From an uncultured Pelagibacteraceae bacterium (GTDB lineage Bacteria > Pseudomonadota > Alphaproteobacteria > Pelagibacterales > Pelagibacteraceae), in the NCBI GenBank assembly GCA_902532225.1, contig CACAHI010000002.1, forward strand, positions 569 through 64,568: 64,000 nt of DNA. The letters run 5' to 3'. The number at the start of each line of letters is the position of its first letter. Within the stretch, counting starts at the first letter, position 1. The notes beneath the pieces were generated by a model. That model was not told the origin of the DNA. It did not search any database and saw only the letters and a list, made by a program, of their open reading frames with translations. A program made the translations under genes and the position numbers. Shown here piece after piece: positions 38,925 through 49,675 of this stretch.

Positions 38925-39005
38925 ATTGCTAGCTTTATATAAGCATTTTTTAATAATTTGAAATATTTAATATATTCAATAATATGCTAATAAACACCGA
39001 TCAAT

Positions 39006-39473
39006 ATGTTTAAAAAAAGAGAAAATGTCAAAGAAATAGAGGAAGGAAAGCTTTTATCTCCTAAGTTTGATAATGATGGCTTGATCCCGGTTGTGACAAC
39101 ATGCGCCAATACCAAAGAGATATTGATGCAAGGATTTATGAATGTTGAAGCTTTAAAACTTACTATTGAGACTAAAGAAGCACATTACTGGAGTAGATCA
39201 AGAAATGAAATCTGGCATAAAGGCAAAACAAGCGGATTTGTTCAAAAAGTTAAAGAAATAAGAATTGATGATGATCAAGACTCAATTTGGTTAAGTGTAG
39301 ATATTGGAAATGGTTCAAGTTGTCATGTTGGTTATAAATCATGTTTCTATAGATCTATACCACTTGGAAAAATAGAAAACGGAAGAAAAATTGAAATGAA
39401 ATTTGAAGAAAAAGAAAAAAAATTTGATCCAGAAAAAGTTTATAAAGGGCAACCTAATCCAACAAAAATTTAA
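39006..39473 (+). CDS. hisI: Phosphoribosyl-AMP cyclohydrolase
   Basis: YWSRSR, WHKGKTSG, DDDQD and CHVGYKSCFYR motifs. Confidence 0.95.
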   Translation: MFKKRENVKEIEEGKLLSPKFDNDGLIPVVTTCANTKEILMQGFMNVEALKLTIETKEAHYWSRSRNEIWHKGKTSGFVQKVKEIRIDDDQDSIWLSVDIGNGSSCHVGYKSCFYRSIPLGKIENGRKIEMKFEEKEKKFDPEKVYKGQPNPTKI

Positions 39474-39847
39474 TGAGCGAAAAACAAAAGAATGTACTAG
39501 GTGAAGATCTAGAAGAATGTTCTAAAAATCCTTTAACAGGATGGTTTAGAGATGGTTGTTGTAATACAGATGAAAATGATACAGGGCTACATACTGTATG
39601 TGTAAAAGTTAATAATGAATTTTTAGAATGGTGCAAAGAATCTGGCAATGATTTAATTACACCACATCCTGAATTTGGTTTTCCAGGTTTAAAAGATGGA
39701 GATAATTGGTGTGTCTGTGCAGGTTGGGTAGCAAGAGCTATAGAAGCTGGCAAAGGGTGTTCAATCTATTTAAAAAAAACTCACGAAAATACACTTAAAC
39801 TTGTTCCAATTGAAAAATTAAAAAAATTTGCAATAGATCTTTCTTAA
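39473..39847 (+). CDS. DUF2237-family protein
   Basis: NVLG..LE.CS..PLTGWFRDGCC, GNDLITP and FPGLK.GD.WCVCA motifs. Confidence 0.9.
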   Translation: MSEKQKNVLGEDLEECSKNPLTGWFRDGCCNTDENDTGLHTVCVKVNNEFLEWCKESGNDLITPHPEFGFPGLKDGDNWCVCAGWVARAIEAGKGCSIYLKKTHENTLKLVPIEKLKKFAIDLS

Positions 39848-39848
39848 A

Positions 39849-41468
39849 TTACATATTTCCATATTTAGGACCTCCCCCTCCTTCAGGTGTAACCCAATTA
39901 ATATTTTGGGAAGGTTCTTTTATATCGCATGTTTTGCAATGAATACAGTTTTGAGAATTTATAACAAATTTTTTTTCATTATTTTCACTTTGAACTTCAT
40001 AAACTCCTACAGGGCAATATCTTTGTGCTGGTTCATCAAATTTTTCTAAAGTATAATTTATTGGCAAATCTTTATCTTTTAATTTCAAATGAACTGGTTG
40101 GTTATCAGTATGATTTGTTCCCGTAAGATATACCGAACTAGTTTTATCAAATGTTATTACATTATCTGGTTTTGGATATTCAATTTTTGGCATTTTGTTT
40201 GCTGCTTTTAAAGTTTCATGATCAGCATGTTTATGTCTTAATGTGAAAGGTAATTTTCCTCTAAATAAAATTTGATCAATTCCTGTAAAAATTATACCCA
40301 ATATTAATCCCCAACTAAAACTCGGTTTAACATTTCTTGCAGCTTTAAGTTCTTGATAAACCCAACTTTTTTTAAATTTATCTTCATAAATTGATAATTC
40401 TTTTTTTTCTTTAAAATGATCAAAAATTGTTTCTGCAGCTATAATTCCACTTTTCATTGCAGTATGTGATCCTTTTATTTTAGGCATATTTAAAGTTCCA
40501 GCATCGCAACCAATTAATAAAGCACCGGGCATATACATTTTAGGTAAACTTTGTAGTCCACCTTCAATAAGAGCTCTTGCACCATAAGAAATTCTTTTTC
40601 CTCCTTCTAATATTGATTTTATAGAAGGATGTGTTTTGAATCTTTGAAATTCATCAAAAGGTGATAGATGAGGGTTTTGATAATCTAAACCAATTACATA
40701 ACCTAAGAATACTTGTTTATTTTCTGCATGATAAACAAAACTTCCTCCATAAGTCTTTTTGTCTAAAGGCCAGCCTGCTGTGTGCATTACAAGCCCTTCA
40801 TGGTGATTTTCCTCTTTAATTTCCCATATTTCTTTAAATCCTATTCCGTATTGTTGTGGATCACTATTTTTATCAAGTTCAAATTTTTTTATTAATGTTT
40901 TTCCCAAATGACCCCGGCATCCCTCTGCAAAAACTGTTACTTTTGCATGAAGCTCCATTCCTGGTTCAAAACTGTCTTTTTTGTTGCCCTCTTTATCCAA
41001 GCCCATGTCTTGAGTAACTATGCCTTTAACTGATCCATCTTCATTATATAAAACTTCACTTGCGGGAAATCCTGGAAATATTTCTACCCCAAGTCCCTCT
41101 GCCTGTTCAGCTAACCATCTACACAAATTTGCAAGGCTTATAATATAATTATTTTTATTGTGTTGTACTTTAGGAAGTAACCAAGTAGGCCAACTTATAC
41201 TTTTTGACTTACCTAAAAATAAAAATTTTTCTTTATTAACTTTAGTTTTTATTGGAGCACTTAATTCTTTCCAGTTAGGCAATAGCTCATCCAAGGCACG
41301 TGTTTCAAACACATTCCCTGATAATATATGCGCACCTATTTCAGATGCTTTTTCTAAAAGGCAGACATTTAAATCTGGATTTAACTGCTTTAACTTAATA
41401 GCAGTTGAAAGTCCTGACGGTCCGCCACCTACGATTACTACATCGTATTCCATCACTTCTCTGGACAT
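39849..41468 (-). CDS. Electron transfer flavoprotein-ubiquinone oxidoreductase
   Basis: GAHILSG, AEGCRG, KIKGSHTAMKSG, RYCPVGVYE and NCIHCKTCDIK motifs. Confidence 0.97.
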   Translation of the reverse strand: MSREVMEYDVVIVGGGPSGLSTAIKLKQLNPDLNVCLLEKASEIGAHILSGNVFETRALDELLPNWKELSAPIKTKVNKEKFLFLGKSKSISWPTWLLPKVQHNKNNYIISLANLCRWLAEQAEGLGVEIFPGFPASEVLYNEDGSVKGIVTQDMGLDKEGNKKDSFEPGMELHAKVTVFAEGCRGHLGKTLIKKFELDKNSDPQQYGIGFKEIWEIKEENHHEGLVMHTAGWPLDKKTYGGSFVYHAENKQVFLGYVIGLDYQNPHLSPFDEFQRFKTHPSIKSILEGGKRISYGARALIEGGLQSLPKMYMPGALLIGCDAGTLNMPKIKGSHTAMKSGIIAAETIFDHFKEKKELSIYEDKFKKSWVYQELKAARNVKPSFSWGLILGIIFTGIDQILFRGKLPFTLRHKHADHETLKAANKMPKIEYPKPDNVITFDKTSSVYLTGTNHTDNQPVHLKLKDKDLPINYTLEKFDEPAQRYCPVGVYEVQSENNEKKFVINSQNCIHCKTCDIKEPSQNINWVTPEGGGGPKYGNM

Positions 41469-41489
41469 ACTATTTTTTTACAGTATTTG

Positions 41490-42443
41490 TTATTTTTGTA
41501 TAGTGTTTAATTTGTTCAATTCTTCTAAGAACTGAGGTAGTGCTTCAAATAAATCTGCTTCTAATCCATAGTCTGCGACACTAAAAATTGGAGCTTCTCC
41601 ATCCTTATTTATTGCAACAATAACTTTGCTTTCTTTCATTCCTGCTAAATGTTGTATTGCTCCTGAAATACCTACTGCAATATAAAGATCAGGAACAACA
41701 ACTTTTCCTGTTTGACCCACTTGATGATCGTTTGTTATATATCCGGCATCTACTGCAGCTCTTGATGCTCCAATTGCAGCATTTAATTTATCTGCAATTG
41801 ATGTAATTAGTTTAAAGTTTTCACCGCTTTGCATTCCTCTTCCACCTGAAATTACTATTCTTGCAGTTCCAAGTTCTGGTCTATCTGATTTAACTTCTTC
41901 TCTTTTTATAAATTTTGTTAATGTAGTAGCTTCGCTACCATCAACTTTTATAATTTCAGCAGATCCACCTGTTGATGGTGCTGGGTCAAAAGAAGTTGGT
42001 CTAATTGTAATACATTTTTTTTTATCGTTACTTTTAACAGTAGCAAAAGCATTTCCTGCATATATAGGTCGTAAAAAAGTGTCTGCTGAAATAACTTTTA
42101 TGATATCACTTACTTGGGAAGTGTCTAGCAAAGCTGCTACTCTCGGCATTAAATTTTTTCCAAAAGTGTTTGCTGAACAAACAATGTGAGAATAATTTTC
42201 AGATTGTTTAATTATAACTGGAGTATAGTTTTCAGCTAAAAAATTTTCGTAAATTTCATTATCAACCTGAATTACTTTTTTAACATTAGGCACTTCTGAT
42301 ATTGATTTAGTTACTGCATCAACATTTTTTCCAATGACTAAAACATGTAGATCTTGGTCTATTTGTGAAGCGGCGGTAATGGCGTTTTGAGTAAATGGTT
42401 TTACTTCCTTATTGTTGTGTTCCGCTATTAATAATACAGACAT
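41490..42443 (-). CDS. etfA: Electron transfer flavoprotein alpha subunit
   Basis: RPIYAGN, SGGRG, GASRAAVDAG, QVGQTGK and GISGAIQH motifs. Confidence 0.97.
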   Translation of the reverse strand: MSVLLIAEHNNKEVKPFTQNAITAASQIDQDLHVLVIGKNVDAVTKSISEVPNVKKVIQVDNEIYENFLAENYTPVIIKQSENYSHIVCSANTFGKNLMPRVAALLDTSQVSDIIKVISADTFLRPIYAGNAFATVKSNDKKKCITIRPTSFDPAPSTGGSAEIIKVDGSEATTLTKFIKREEVKSDRPELGTARIVISGGRGMQSGENFKLITSIADKLNAAIGASRAAVDAGYITNDHQVGQTGKVVVPDLYIAVGISGAIQHLAGMKESKVIVAINKDGEAPIFSVADYGLEADLFEALPQFLEELNKLNTIQK

Positions 42444-43192
42444 TATATTACCTTTGCCTCATTTTTTAATTTTTGAACTAATTCAGCTACACTTGATACT
42501 TTGATACCTGCTTTTCTTTTTGGAGGTTCTTCAACTTTAATTTGTTCTATTCTTGGTTTTGTATCAACTCCTAAATCGGTAGCATTAATTTGTTCCAAAG
42601 GTTTTTTCTTTGCTTTCATTATATTTGGCAATGATGCATACCTAGGTTCATTTAGCCTCAAATCACATGTAACTATTGCAGGAATATTTACTTCAATAGT
42701 TTCTAATCCTTCATCTACTTCTCTTATCACTTCTAATGATTTATCTTTAACTTCAATTTTGGATGCAAAAGTTGCTTGGGGATAATTTAAAAGTGCTGCT
42801 AACATTTGTCCTGTTTGGTTACAATCATCGTCTATCGCTTGTTTACCCATAAAAATTAAGTCAGGTTTTTCTTTATCTACAATTTTTTGTAAGATTTTTG
42901 AAACAGCCAAAGGTTCCACAATTCCGTCGACTTTAACATGAATTCCTCTGTCAGCTCCAACTGCTAATGCTTTTCTTACTGTTTCTTGTGCTTTATCTTC
43001 TCCAATAGTAACTGCTACTATTTCTTTGGCTTTTCCCGACTCTTTTATTTTTACTGCTTCTTCGATTGCATTGTCATCTGGGGGATTGGTTGACATTTTA
43101 ACATTATCTGTGACTACACCAGTACCGTCCTCTTTTACTCTTACTTGAACGTTGTAATCAATGACTCTTTTTACTGCTACTAATATTTTCAT
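42443..43192 (-). CDS. etfB: Electron transfer flavoprotein beta subunit
   Basis: [14 protein letters not shown] and [19 protein letters not shown] motifs. Confidence 0.97.
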   Translation of the reverse strand: MKILVAVKRVIDYNVQVRVKEDGTGVVTDNVKMSTNPPDDNAIEEAVKIKESGKAKEIVAVTIGEDKAQETVRKALAVGADRGIHVKVDGIVEPLAVSKILQKIVDKEKPDLIFMGKQAIDDDCNQTGQMLAALLNYPQATFASKIEVKDKSLEVIREVDEGLETIEVNIPAIVTCDLRLNEPRYASLPNIMKAKKKPLEQINATDLGVDTKPRIEQIKVEEPPKRKAGIKVSSVAELVQKLKNEAKVI

Positions 43193-45627
43193 TATGCTCT
43201 TAATAATTTGTTTTCCGGATCATATGGGCTTTCATCCAGAATTGTAGCGTCGTGCATTTTTCCTAAAATATCAATTTTTAATTTTTGTCCTGTTGTCGCA
43301 ATCTCAGGTTTAACCATTCCAATTGCTATAGATTTATTTAATCTAAAACCAAAATCTCCTCCTGTTGCTCTTCCGACTACTTTATTATTTTGATAAATTG
43401 GGTTGTTGCCTAATACATCTGCGTCTGTAACATTGTGCACTTCCATTGTTACTAATTTATTTTGGAAACCCTTTTCTCTCCATTTATTCAATGCTTCTAA
43501 ACCTATAAATTTTCCTTTGTTTGGATGAATAAATCTGTCTAAACCTGACTCGTATGGTGAGTATTCTATAGACAATTCTGTTCCGACAAGTTTGTAAGAC
43601 TTTTCAACTCTTAAACTATTCATAGCTCTGATTCCAAATGGTTTCAAACCAAGATCTTTTCCGTGTTCCATTAATTTATCAAAAATATGATTTTGATATT
43701 CAAGAGGATGATGAAGTTCCCACCCTAATTCGCCAACAAAATTTACTCTAATTGCTGTGCATGGTGCATACCCAATATCCACTTTCTTGGAACTTAGCCA
43801 TTTAAAATTTTCATTTGAGAAATCATCTTTAGAAACTTTATTCATTAAATCTCTAGCTTTTGGACCAGCTACAACTAAAACTCCAATTGAATTTGTTAAA
43901 TTTTCAAACTGAACTGAACCATCTTTTGGCATCCATTTTTGTATCCAATCATGATCTAATCTTTGAAAAGCTCCTGCTGAAACCAAATAAAAACTATCTT
44001 CTGCTTCTTTCATTATCGTAAATTCAGAATGCACTCCACCTTTTGTATTTAGAGCATGACATAAGTTTACTCTGCCAATTTTTTTTGGGAGTTTGTTTGC
44101 AACTAAATAGTCTAAAAATTCCTCAGCTTTAGGTCCTTTAATTCTACATTTTGCAAATGCCGACATATCTAAAAGGCCTACATTTTCTTTTACATTTTTG
44201 CATTCTTTTTGTACTGCTTGAAACCATTTAGATCTTCTAAAAGACCAATCATCTTTTTGTTCCATGCCATCCGTTGCAAAAAAGTTGGCTCTTTCCCATC
44301 CAAATTTTTGTCCAAAAACAGCACCTAATTTTTTTAATCTATCATAACATGGTGCTTGTCTTAATGGTCTAGCCGCTCCCCTTTCTTCATCAGGATAGTG
44401 AATGATAAAAACATTTCTATAAGCTTCCTCATTTTTTTCTTTTAGATAAGCTTTAGAACAATAGTCTCCATATCTTCTTGGTTCTACTCCAAGCATATCT
44501 ACTGTTGGTTCACCATCAATAATCCATTCTGCTAATTGCCAGCCTGCTCCACCCGCTGCAGTAATTCCAAAACTATGACCTTCATTTATCCAAAAATTTT
44601 TCAGACCCCAAGCGGGTCCAACAATAGGATTTCCATCTGGGGTATAACAGATAGCTCCATTATAAACTTTTTTTACTCCAACTTCGCCAAAAGCTGGAAC
44701 ACGATGAATTGCTCCTTCAATGTGTGGTCCGAGTCTTTCTAAATCTTCTTGAAATAATTCATATTCTGAATCTTTTGATGGTCCATCTACATAACAACAT
44801 GGTGCACCATCTTCATAGGGTCCTAATATTAATCCTCCCGCTTCTTCTCTCATGTACCAACGGCTATCACTGTCTCTAAGAACTCCCATTTCTGGAAGAC
44901 CTTCTTTTTTTCTTTTTTGAATTTCAGGATGAGGTTCAGTAACAATGTATTGATGTTCAACTGGTATCACAGGTATATCTAAACCGACCATTTTCCCTGT
45001 TTGTCTTGCAAAGTTTCCTGAGCAAGAGACAACATGTTCGCATTCTATTGTTCCTTTGTCAGTTTCAACTACCCATCCCTCTTTAGTTTGTTTAATTCCA
45101 ACTACTGTTGTGTTTCTATAAATTTCGGCTCCTTTATTTCTAGCACCTGTTGCAAGCGCTTGGGTTAAATCAGCTGGTTGAATATATCCATCTTCGGGAT
45201 GTTGAATTGCACCAATTAAATCTGAAGTATTACATAAAGGCCAGATTTCTTTTACTTGATCAGGAGTTAAAAATTTATATTTAACACCAATAGTCTGCGC
45301 TACTCCTGCGTACTGATGGTATTCATCCATTCTATCTTTTGTGCTTGCTAGTCTAATATTAGATACAACACTGAAACCAACATTTTTTCCAGTTTCTTCC
45401 TCTAAAGTTTTATAAAAATTAACTGCGTATTTATGGAGTTGTCCCACAGAATAACTCATATTAAATAGTGGAAGTAAGCCAGCTGCGTGCCAAGTTGATC
45501 CTGATGTTAATTCTTTTCTTTCTACAAGAACAACGTCTGACCAACCTTTTTTTGCAAGATGGTAGAGCATGCTAACTCCAACAACACCTCCTCCTACAAC
45601 AACAACTTTAGCTTTTGATTTCATCAT
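43192..45627 (-). CDS. Dimethylglycine/sarcosine dehydrogenase-like FAD + GcvT-domain protein (paralog 1)
   Basis: [36 protein letters not shown] and SLRVEK motifs; directly upstream of etfBA. Confidence 0.9.
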   Translation of the reverse strand: MMKSKAKVVVVGGGVVGVSMLYHLAKKGWSDVVLVERKELTSGSTWHAAGLLPLFNMSYSVGQLHKYAVNFYKTLEEETGKNVGFSVVSNIRLASTKDRMDEYHQYAGVAQTIGVKYKFLTPDQVKEIWPLCNTSDLIGAIQHPEDGYIQPADLTQALATGARNKGAEIYRNTTVVGIKQTKEGWVVETDKGTIECEHVVSCSGNFARQTGKMVGLDIPVIPVEHQYIVTEPHPEIQKRKKEGLPEMGVLRDSDSRWYMREEAGGLILGPYEDGAPCCYVDGPSKDSEYELFQEDLERLGPHIEGAIHRVPAFGEVGVKKVYNGAICYTPDGNPIVGPAWGLKNFWINEGHSFGITAAGGAGWQLAEWIIDGEPTVDMLGVEPRRYGDYCSKAYLKEKNEEAYRNVFIIHYPDEERGAARPLRQAPCYDRLKKLGAVFGQKFGWERANFFATDGMEQKDDWSFRRSKWFQAVQKECKNVKENVGLLDMSAFAKCRIKGPKAEEFLDYLVANKLPKKIGRVNLCHALNTKGGVHSEFTIMKEAEDSFYLVSAGAFQRLDHDWIQKWMPKDGSVQFENLTNSIGVLVVAGPKARDLMNKVSKDDFSNENFKWLSSKKVDIGYAPCTAIRVNFVGELGWELHHPLEYQNHIFDKLMEHGKDLGLKPFGIRAMNSLRVEKSYKLVGTELSIEYSPYESGLDRFIHPNKGKFIGLEALNKWREKGFQNKLVTMEVHNVTDADVLGNNPIYQNNKVVGRATGGDFGFRLNKSIAIGMVKPEIATTGQKLKIDILGKMHDATILDESPYDPENKLLRA

Positions 45628-45670
45628 GCGATTCCTACTAAATTTTTAATATTAACGAAACATAATTTTT

Positions 45671-46135
45671 TTATATAGATGAGCCTATAGCCACTGGCTG
45701 AGAAACAGCCGTGGTTAACCAACAATCTTTTAAAGGGCCTTCTTTATTATACTTTTCAACCTGCCATTTAAATTTGTAATACTTTTTCTCTGTATCTAAA
45801 ATTATAACTTCAAAAGTAGCTACTTTGTCAGATAAATAAACTTCATTAATTTTGTGATCTTCGTGATTTAACAGCATTGAATAAGATTTCCCCTTTAACA
45901 TGGTTTGAAATTTATCCAATGGACCAGTAAATTTTTTATTATTTGGATGGGCAAATTCCCATGTTTGTTCAATGCCTCTATCTTTGGTTGGATTGTCATT
46001 TTTCATTAAACTTTTTAACTGAATTTTAACTACTTGATATGGTTCTATTTCAATATTTGGCTTTAAAATATCTGAAATAGAGTTGCTTGAAAAAATAAAA
46101 AAAATTATAAAAGAATATCTTAATATTTTGATCAT
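45671..46135 (-). CDS. Exported DUF4864-like protein
   Basis: Signal peptide; VVKIQL..L, FAHP.N..TGP and CWLT..V pattern. Confidence 0.6.
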   Translation of the reverse strand: MIKILRYSFIIFFIFSSNSISDILKPNIEIEPYQVVKIQLKSLMKNDNPTKDRGIEQTWEFAHPNNKKFTGPLDKFQTMLKGKSYSMLLNHEDHKINEVYLSDKVATFEVIILDTEKKYYKFKWQVEKYNKEGPLKDCWLTTAVSQPVAIGSSI

Positions 46136-46710
46136 AAATTATTTGCAGTCTTTTTAACATCTTTTAGAAATTTTTTTCTCTTATCATCTGAAACAAATGG
46201 TACAGCAAAATATCTTTTATAAATAACATTTGTTATTCCACAAATATTAAATACACCTCTTCTAAGTCTTTTAGTTGGCATATTTAAAAAAAAAGTCCTA
46301 ATAGCAAATTGTGGTGAACCATATGTACAAAATACAATAGCCTTTTTTCCTTTTAAATTTCCTACTGGGTATCCATAGTTTCCAAAAATTTTTTTAAATT
46401 TAAATGCCCAGGGTGGAGCTAAAACTTTATCAATCCATCCTTCTAAAATTGCTGGCATTCTAAAATTCCATATTGGTGCAATTAAAACAATTACATCAGA
46501 AGCTTCTATTCTCTTTTGATGATCCAATACTATTTCATCTGGTTTTTCACCAGCATAGACTGGGTTAAATTTTTCTTTATATAAGTCAACTACATCTACT
46601 TCATTTCCATTTTCTTTTACGGTATTGATAAATTCTTCTTTAATTGCAGCATTAAATGATTTGTCATTATAATGTCCATAAACTAAAAAAACTTTTTTCA
46701 TTAATTCCAA
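46132..46710 (-). CDS. Flavodoxin-like NAD(P)H-dependent oxidoreductase (MdaB/KefF family)
   Basis: SFNAAI, DLY..KFNP and PIWNFRMPAILEGWIDKV motifs; true start may be MKKVF. Confidence 0.85.
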   Translation of the reverse strand: MELMKKVFLVYGHYNDKSFNAAIKEEFINTVKENGNEVDVVDLYKEKFNPVYAGEKPDEIVLDHQKRIEASDVIVLIAPIWNFRMPAILEGWIDKVLAPPWAFKFKKIFGNYGYPVGNLKGKKAIVFCTYGSPQFAIRTFFLNMPTKRLRRGVFNICGITNVIYKRYFAVPFVSDDKRKKFLKDVKKTANNL

Positions 46711-47267
46711 ATTTTATTTAAGGTTTTTTCTCTTCCACAAGCTTTTTTATATCTTAAATAGTTTAAAAATTTAACTTGATAATAGTTTTGATGTTTGTCT
46801 TCAGCTTTGTAAAATTTTTTAAATTCTTTGACGTAAGTTACGATTTTTTTATCAAATTTTTTTTCTAATTCCATAATACTTTTATTTATTAAATCTTTTT
46901 CTTCTTTATTTTTATAGAAAGCTACGGATCTATAACTATAACCTTTATCACAAAATTGACCGTATTTATCAAATGGATCTATATTTTTCCAAAAATGATC
47001 AAGTAAATCTTTGTAATTTATTTTGCTCTTATCGTAAATAATTTCAATTGTTTCAAAATGTCCTGTATTTCCATATGTAACTTCTTCATATGTTGGATTT
47101 TTTGTTTTTCCACCTGAATAACCAGAAATAACCTCGGTAACTCCGTCCTTTTTTTCAAAAGATTCTTCCATACACCAAAAACAACCTCCTGCAAAATATG
47201 CTTTTTCCAAATCTTTACTAAAAACTGATGTTTGAAAAAGAAAAATTAATATTAGAATTTTTTTCAC
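46701..47267 (-). CDS. msrA: Peptide methionine sulfoxide reductase A (exported)
   Basis: FAGGCFWC, SGYSGG, TGHFE, GQFCDKG and AEDKHQNYY motifs; signal peptide. Confidence 0.95.
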   Translation of the reverse strand: MKKILILIFLFQTSVFSKDLEKAYFAGGCFWCMEESFEKKDGVTEVISGYSGGKTKNPTYEEVTYGNTGHFETIEIIYDKSKINYKDLLDHFWKNIDPFDKYGQFCDKGYSYRSVAFYKNKEEKDLINKSIMELEKKFDKKIVTYVKEFKKFYKAEDKHQNYYQVKFLNYLRYKKACGREKTLNKIWN

Positions 47268-47734
47268 TAATTTTTAAGGACAGGGAATACCGGATTAGCT
47301 TTTTGAAATAATTTTTGATATTCTTGTTTTATACATAAGTTTGATACATATTGAATATTTGCATCTTCAGCAATTTTTTTAGCCTCTTCGTTTTGAATTC
47401 CATATTGTAACCACAAGACTTTAGTTCCAATTTTTACCGCTTCCTTTGCAATAGCAGGTGTTTCTTTTGAAGGTCGAAAGATATCAACAATATCTATTTT
47501 TTCAGAGATTTTATCTAAACTCCCAATCACTGTTTCTCCATTTATCACTTCTCCCTCTGCAAAAGGATTGACTGGTATTACTTTATATCCAAAATCTTGC
47601 ATGTATTTCATTACTACATTAGCTGGTTTTCTTTTTAAATTTTTCGGATCTTCACCTTTTTTTTCTGAACTCACCCCAACCATCGCTATAGTTTTTGAAT
47701 TTTCTAATATTTTTTTTATTTCATTATTATTCAT
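47267..47734 (-). CDS. CoA-binding protein (YccU-like)
   Basis: IAMVGVS, GYKVIPVNP, DIVDIFR and WLQYG motifs. Confidence 0.9.
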   Translation of the reverse strand: MNNNEIKKILENSKTIAMVGVSSEKKGEDPKNLKRKPANVVMKYMQDFGYKVIPVNPFAEGEVINGETVIGSLDKISEKIDIVDIFRPSKETPAIAKEAVKIGTKVLWLQYGIQNEEAKKIAEDANIQYVSNLCIKQEYQKLFQKANPVFPVLKN

Positions 47735-48504
47735 TTATTTTTCCATTTAGGTTTTCTTTTTTCTAAAAATGCAGATATTCCTTCATGAGCGTCTCTGGCC
47801 ATCATATTTAAAGTCATCATTTTACTTGTATATAAATATGCTTTCCTTAAAGGCATTTCTAATTGTTTATAGAAAGCTTGTTTTCCAATTTTTATTGTTA
47901 GATTTGACTTAGAAGCAATTGTTTTTGCTACTTTTAGAACTTCGCTATTTAATTTTGATTTTGAATAATGATCATTAATCAAACCTATGTCTTTAGCATA
48001 GTTAGCTTTTATTGGTTCTCCAGTTAAAAGCATTTTCATCATTCTTTTTCTATGTATTTTTCTACTAACCGCAACCATGGGTGTGCTGCAGAATAATCCT
48101 ATATTAACTCCAGGTGTTGCAAACATTGTATCTTTAGTGCTGTAAGCTAGATCACAACTAGCTACTAATTGGCATCCAGCAGCATAAGCAGCCCCATGTA
48201 CTTTTGCTATAACTGGTTTTCTTCCTTCAACTATTTGGATCATTAGTTCTGAACAAAGATTAAATAGTTTAAGATATTTAGATCTTACTTTTAAAGATCT
48301 TACTTCTTTCAAGTTATGACCTGCGCTAAACCCTTTTCCCGCACCTTCTAAAATAATTACTTTTGTATTGTTATCTTTATCAAGTTTTTTAAATGTATTT
48401 AAAAGAGATCTTAGAGTTGCAAAAGATAATGAATTATATGTTTTTGGATCATTTATTGTTACATTCTTTATTCCATTGCCTAAATTTTTGACCAAAACAT
48501 TCAT
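47731..48504 (-). CDS. Enoyl-CoA hydratase/isomerase (ECHDC3-like)
   Basis: FSAGHNLKE, AAGCQLVASCD and TPGVNIGLFCSTP motifs. Confidence 0.9.
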   Translation of the reverse strand: MNVLVKNLGNGIKNVTINDPKTYNSLSFATLRSLLNTFKKLDKDNNTKVIILEGAGKGFSAGHNLKEVRSLKVRSKYLKLFNLCSELMIQIVEGRKPVIAKVHGAAYAAGCQLVASCDLAYSTKDTMFATPGVNIGLFCSTPMVAVSRKIHRKRMMKMLLTGEPIKANYAKDIGLINDHYSKSKLNSEVLKVAKTIASKSNLTIKIGKQAFYKQLEMPLRKAYLYTSKMMTLNMMARDAHEGISAFLEKRKPKWKNK

Positions 48505-48519
48505 AATATTTTATTACTA

Positions 48520-49467
48520 TCATTTTCTTATCTTGTCTTCATATTTTTTTCTTAACTTCTGAAGTTTAAGTAAATATTCATCTCTAATTTTTGATAATTT
48601 TTCTACTGATTTGCCTTTTGCTTGTTTTCTAGTGCCATTAATAACTCTCGATGAAAGTTTTTTTGAAAGCTTTGGAGCTTTTAGTTTTGTCCAAGGTAAT
48701 TTTAACGCAGGTCCAAATTGTTCTAACATATGTTTCATGCCCGCTTTACCACCTGCTAAATGAAATGTTAGGAAAGTTCCCATCAGAGACCATCTTAGGC
48801 CAGGACCATCTTCAATTGCTCTATCTAAATCTTTTGTAGTAGCGTATCCTTCGTTTACTATATGTAATGCTTCTCTCCATAAGGCTTCTTGGAGTCTATC
48901 TGATAAATAACCTGGTAATTCTTTTTTTAACATGATTGGATTCATTGAGATGGATTTGTAAAATTTATTAGCTTTATTCAAAAATTTATTTTTTGTTTTT
49001 TTACCAGGAACAATTTCAACACCGGGGCACATATAAACTGGATTAAATGGATGTCCTATCATGGTACGCGCTGGATTTTTACATTTTGAATATATTTTTG
49101 TTGGAAGCAACCCAGATGAACTTGATGAAATTATAGCATTTGGTTTTGCATAATTGCCAATTACTTTCATCAATTTTGTTTTTAATTTATAGTTTTCAGT
49201 TGCACATTCTTGAATAAAATCTGCTTCCTTTAGAGCTTCTTGAATAGAAGTGACATAAATAAAATTTTTTAGATTTAATTTTTTTTTATTGAATAACTTT
49301 TTTACATAAGGCCAAGTACGTTTTATTTCTGCAACTAATCTCTTTTTTAATTTAAGATCTTTGTCAAAAGCTACAACCTTTTTGTCATGAGCTAAGCATC
49401 TAATTATCCATCCAGTTCCAATTACTCCTGTGCCAACAACAGCAACATTTTTAATGTTGTTTTTCAT
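48520..49467 (-). CDS. lcdH: L-carnitine dehydrogenase (3-hydroxyacyl-CoA dehydrogenase family)
   Basis: GTGVIGTGW, GHPFNPVY, DRLQEALWREALH, GPGLRW and HMLEQFGPALKLPWTKL motifs. Confidence 0.8.
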   Translation of the reverse strand: MKNNIKNVAVVGTGVIGTGWIIRCLAHDKKVVAFDKDLKLKKRLVAEIKRTWPYVKKLFNKKKLNLKNFIYVTSIQEALKEADFIQECATENYKLKTKLMKVIGNYAKPNAIISSSSSGLLPTKIYSKCKNPARTMIGHPFNPVYMCPGVEIVPGKKTKNKFLNKANKFYKSISMNPIMLKKELPGYLSDRLQEALWREALHIVNEGYATTKDLDRAIEDGPGLRWSLMGTFLTFHLAGGKAGMKHMLEQFGPALKLPWTKLKAPKLSKKLSSRVINGTRKQAKGKSVEKLSKIRDEYLLKLQKLRKKYEDKIRK

Positions 49468-49661
49468 CTTTTAGAAACTTTTTCATGTAATCTTTTTATC
49501 TTGTCGCTTGCGGAATTCTGAAATACTGCAGGACATATGGCGTGTATGATTGCTTGAAAACCTCCTACTATCATTAAACGACTAACATTAAATGCAACTT
49601 TAAAATGTTGAATATAAGTTTCGTTTACTAAATCTAAATGTTCTTTAGATTTTTTTATCAT
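49464..49661 (-). CDS. DUF6356-like small protein
   Basis: H...V.ETY.QH and IIHA..P..F...AS pattern. Confidence 0.7.
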   Translation of the reverse strand: MIKKSKEHLDLVNETYIQHFKVAFNVSRLMIVGGFQAIIHAICPAVFQNSASDKIKRLHEKVSKR

Positions 49662-49675
49662 AATTAATACTCATA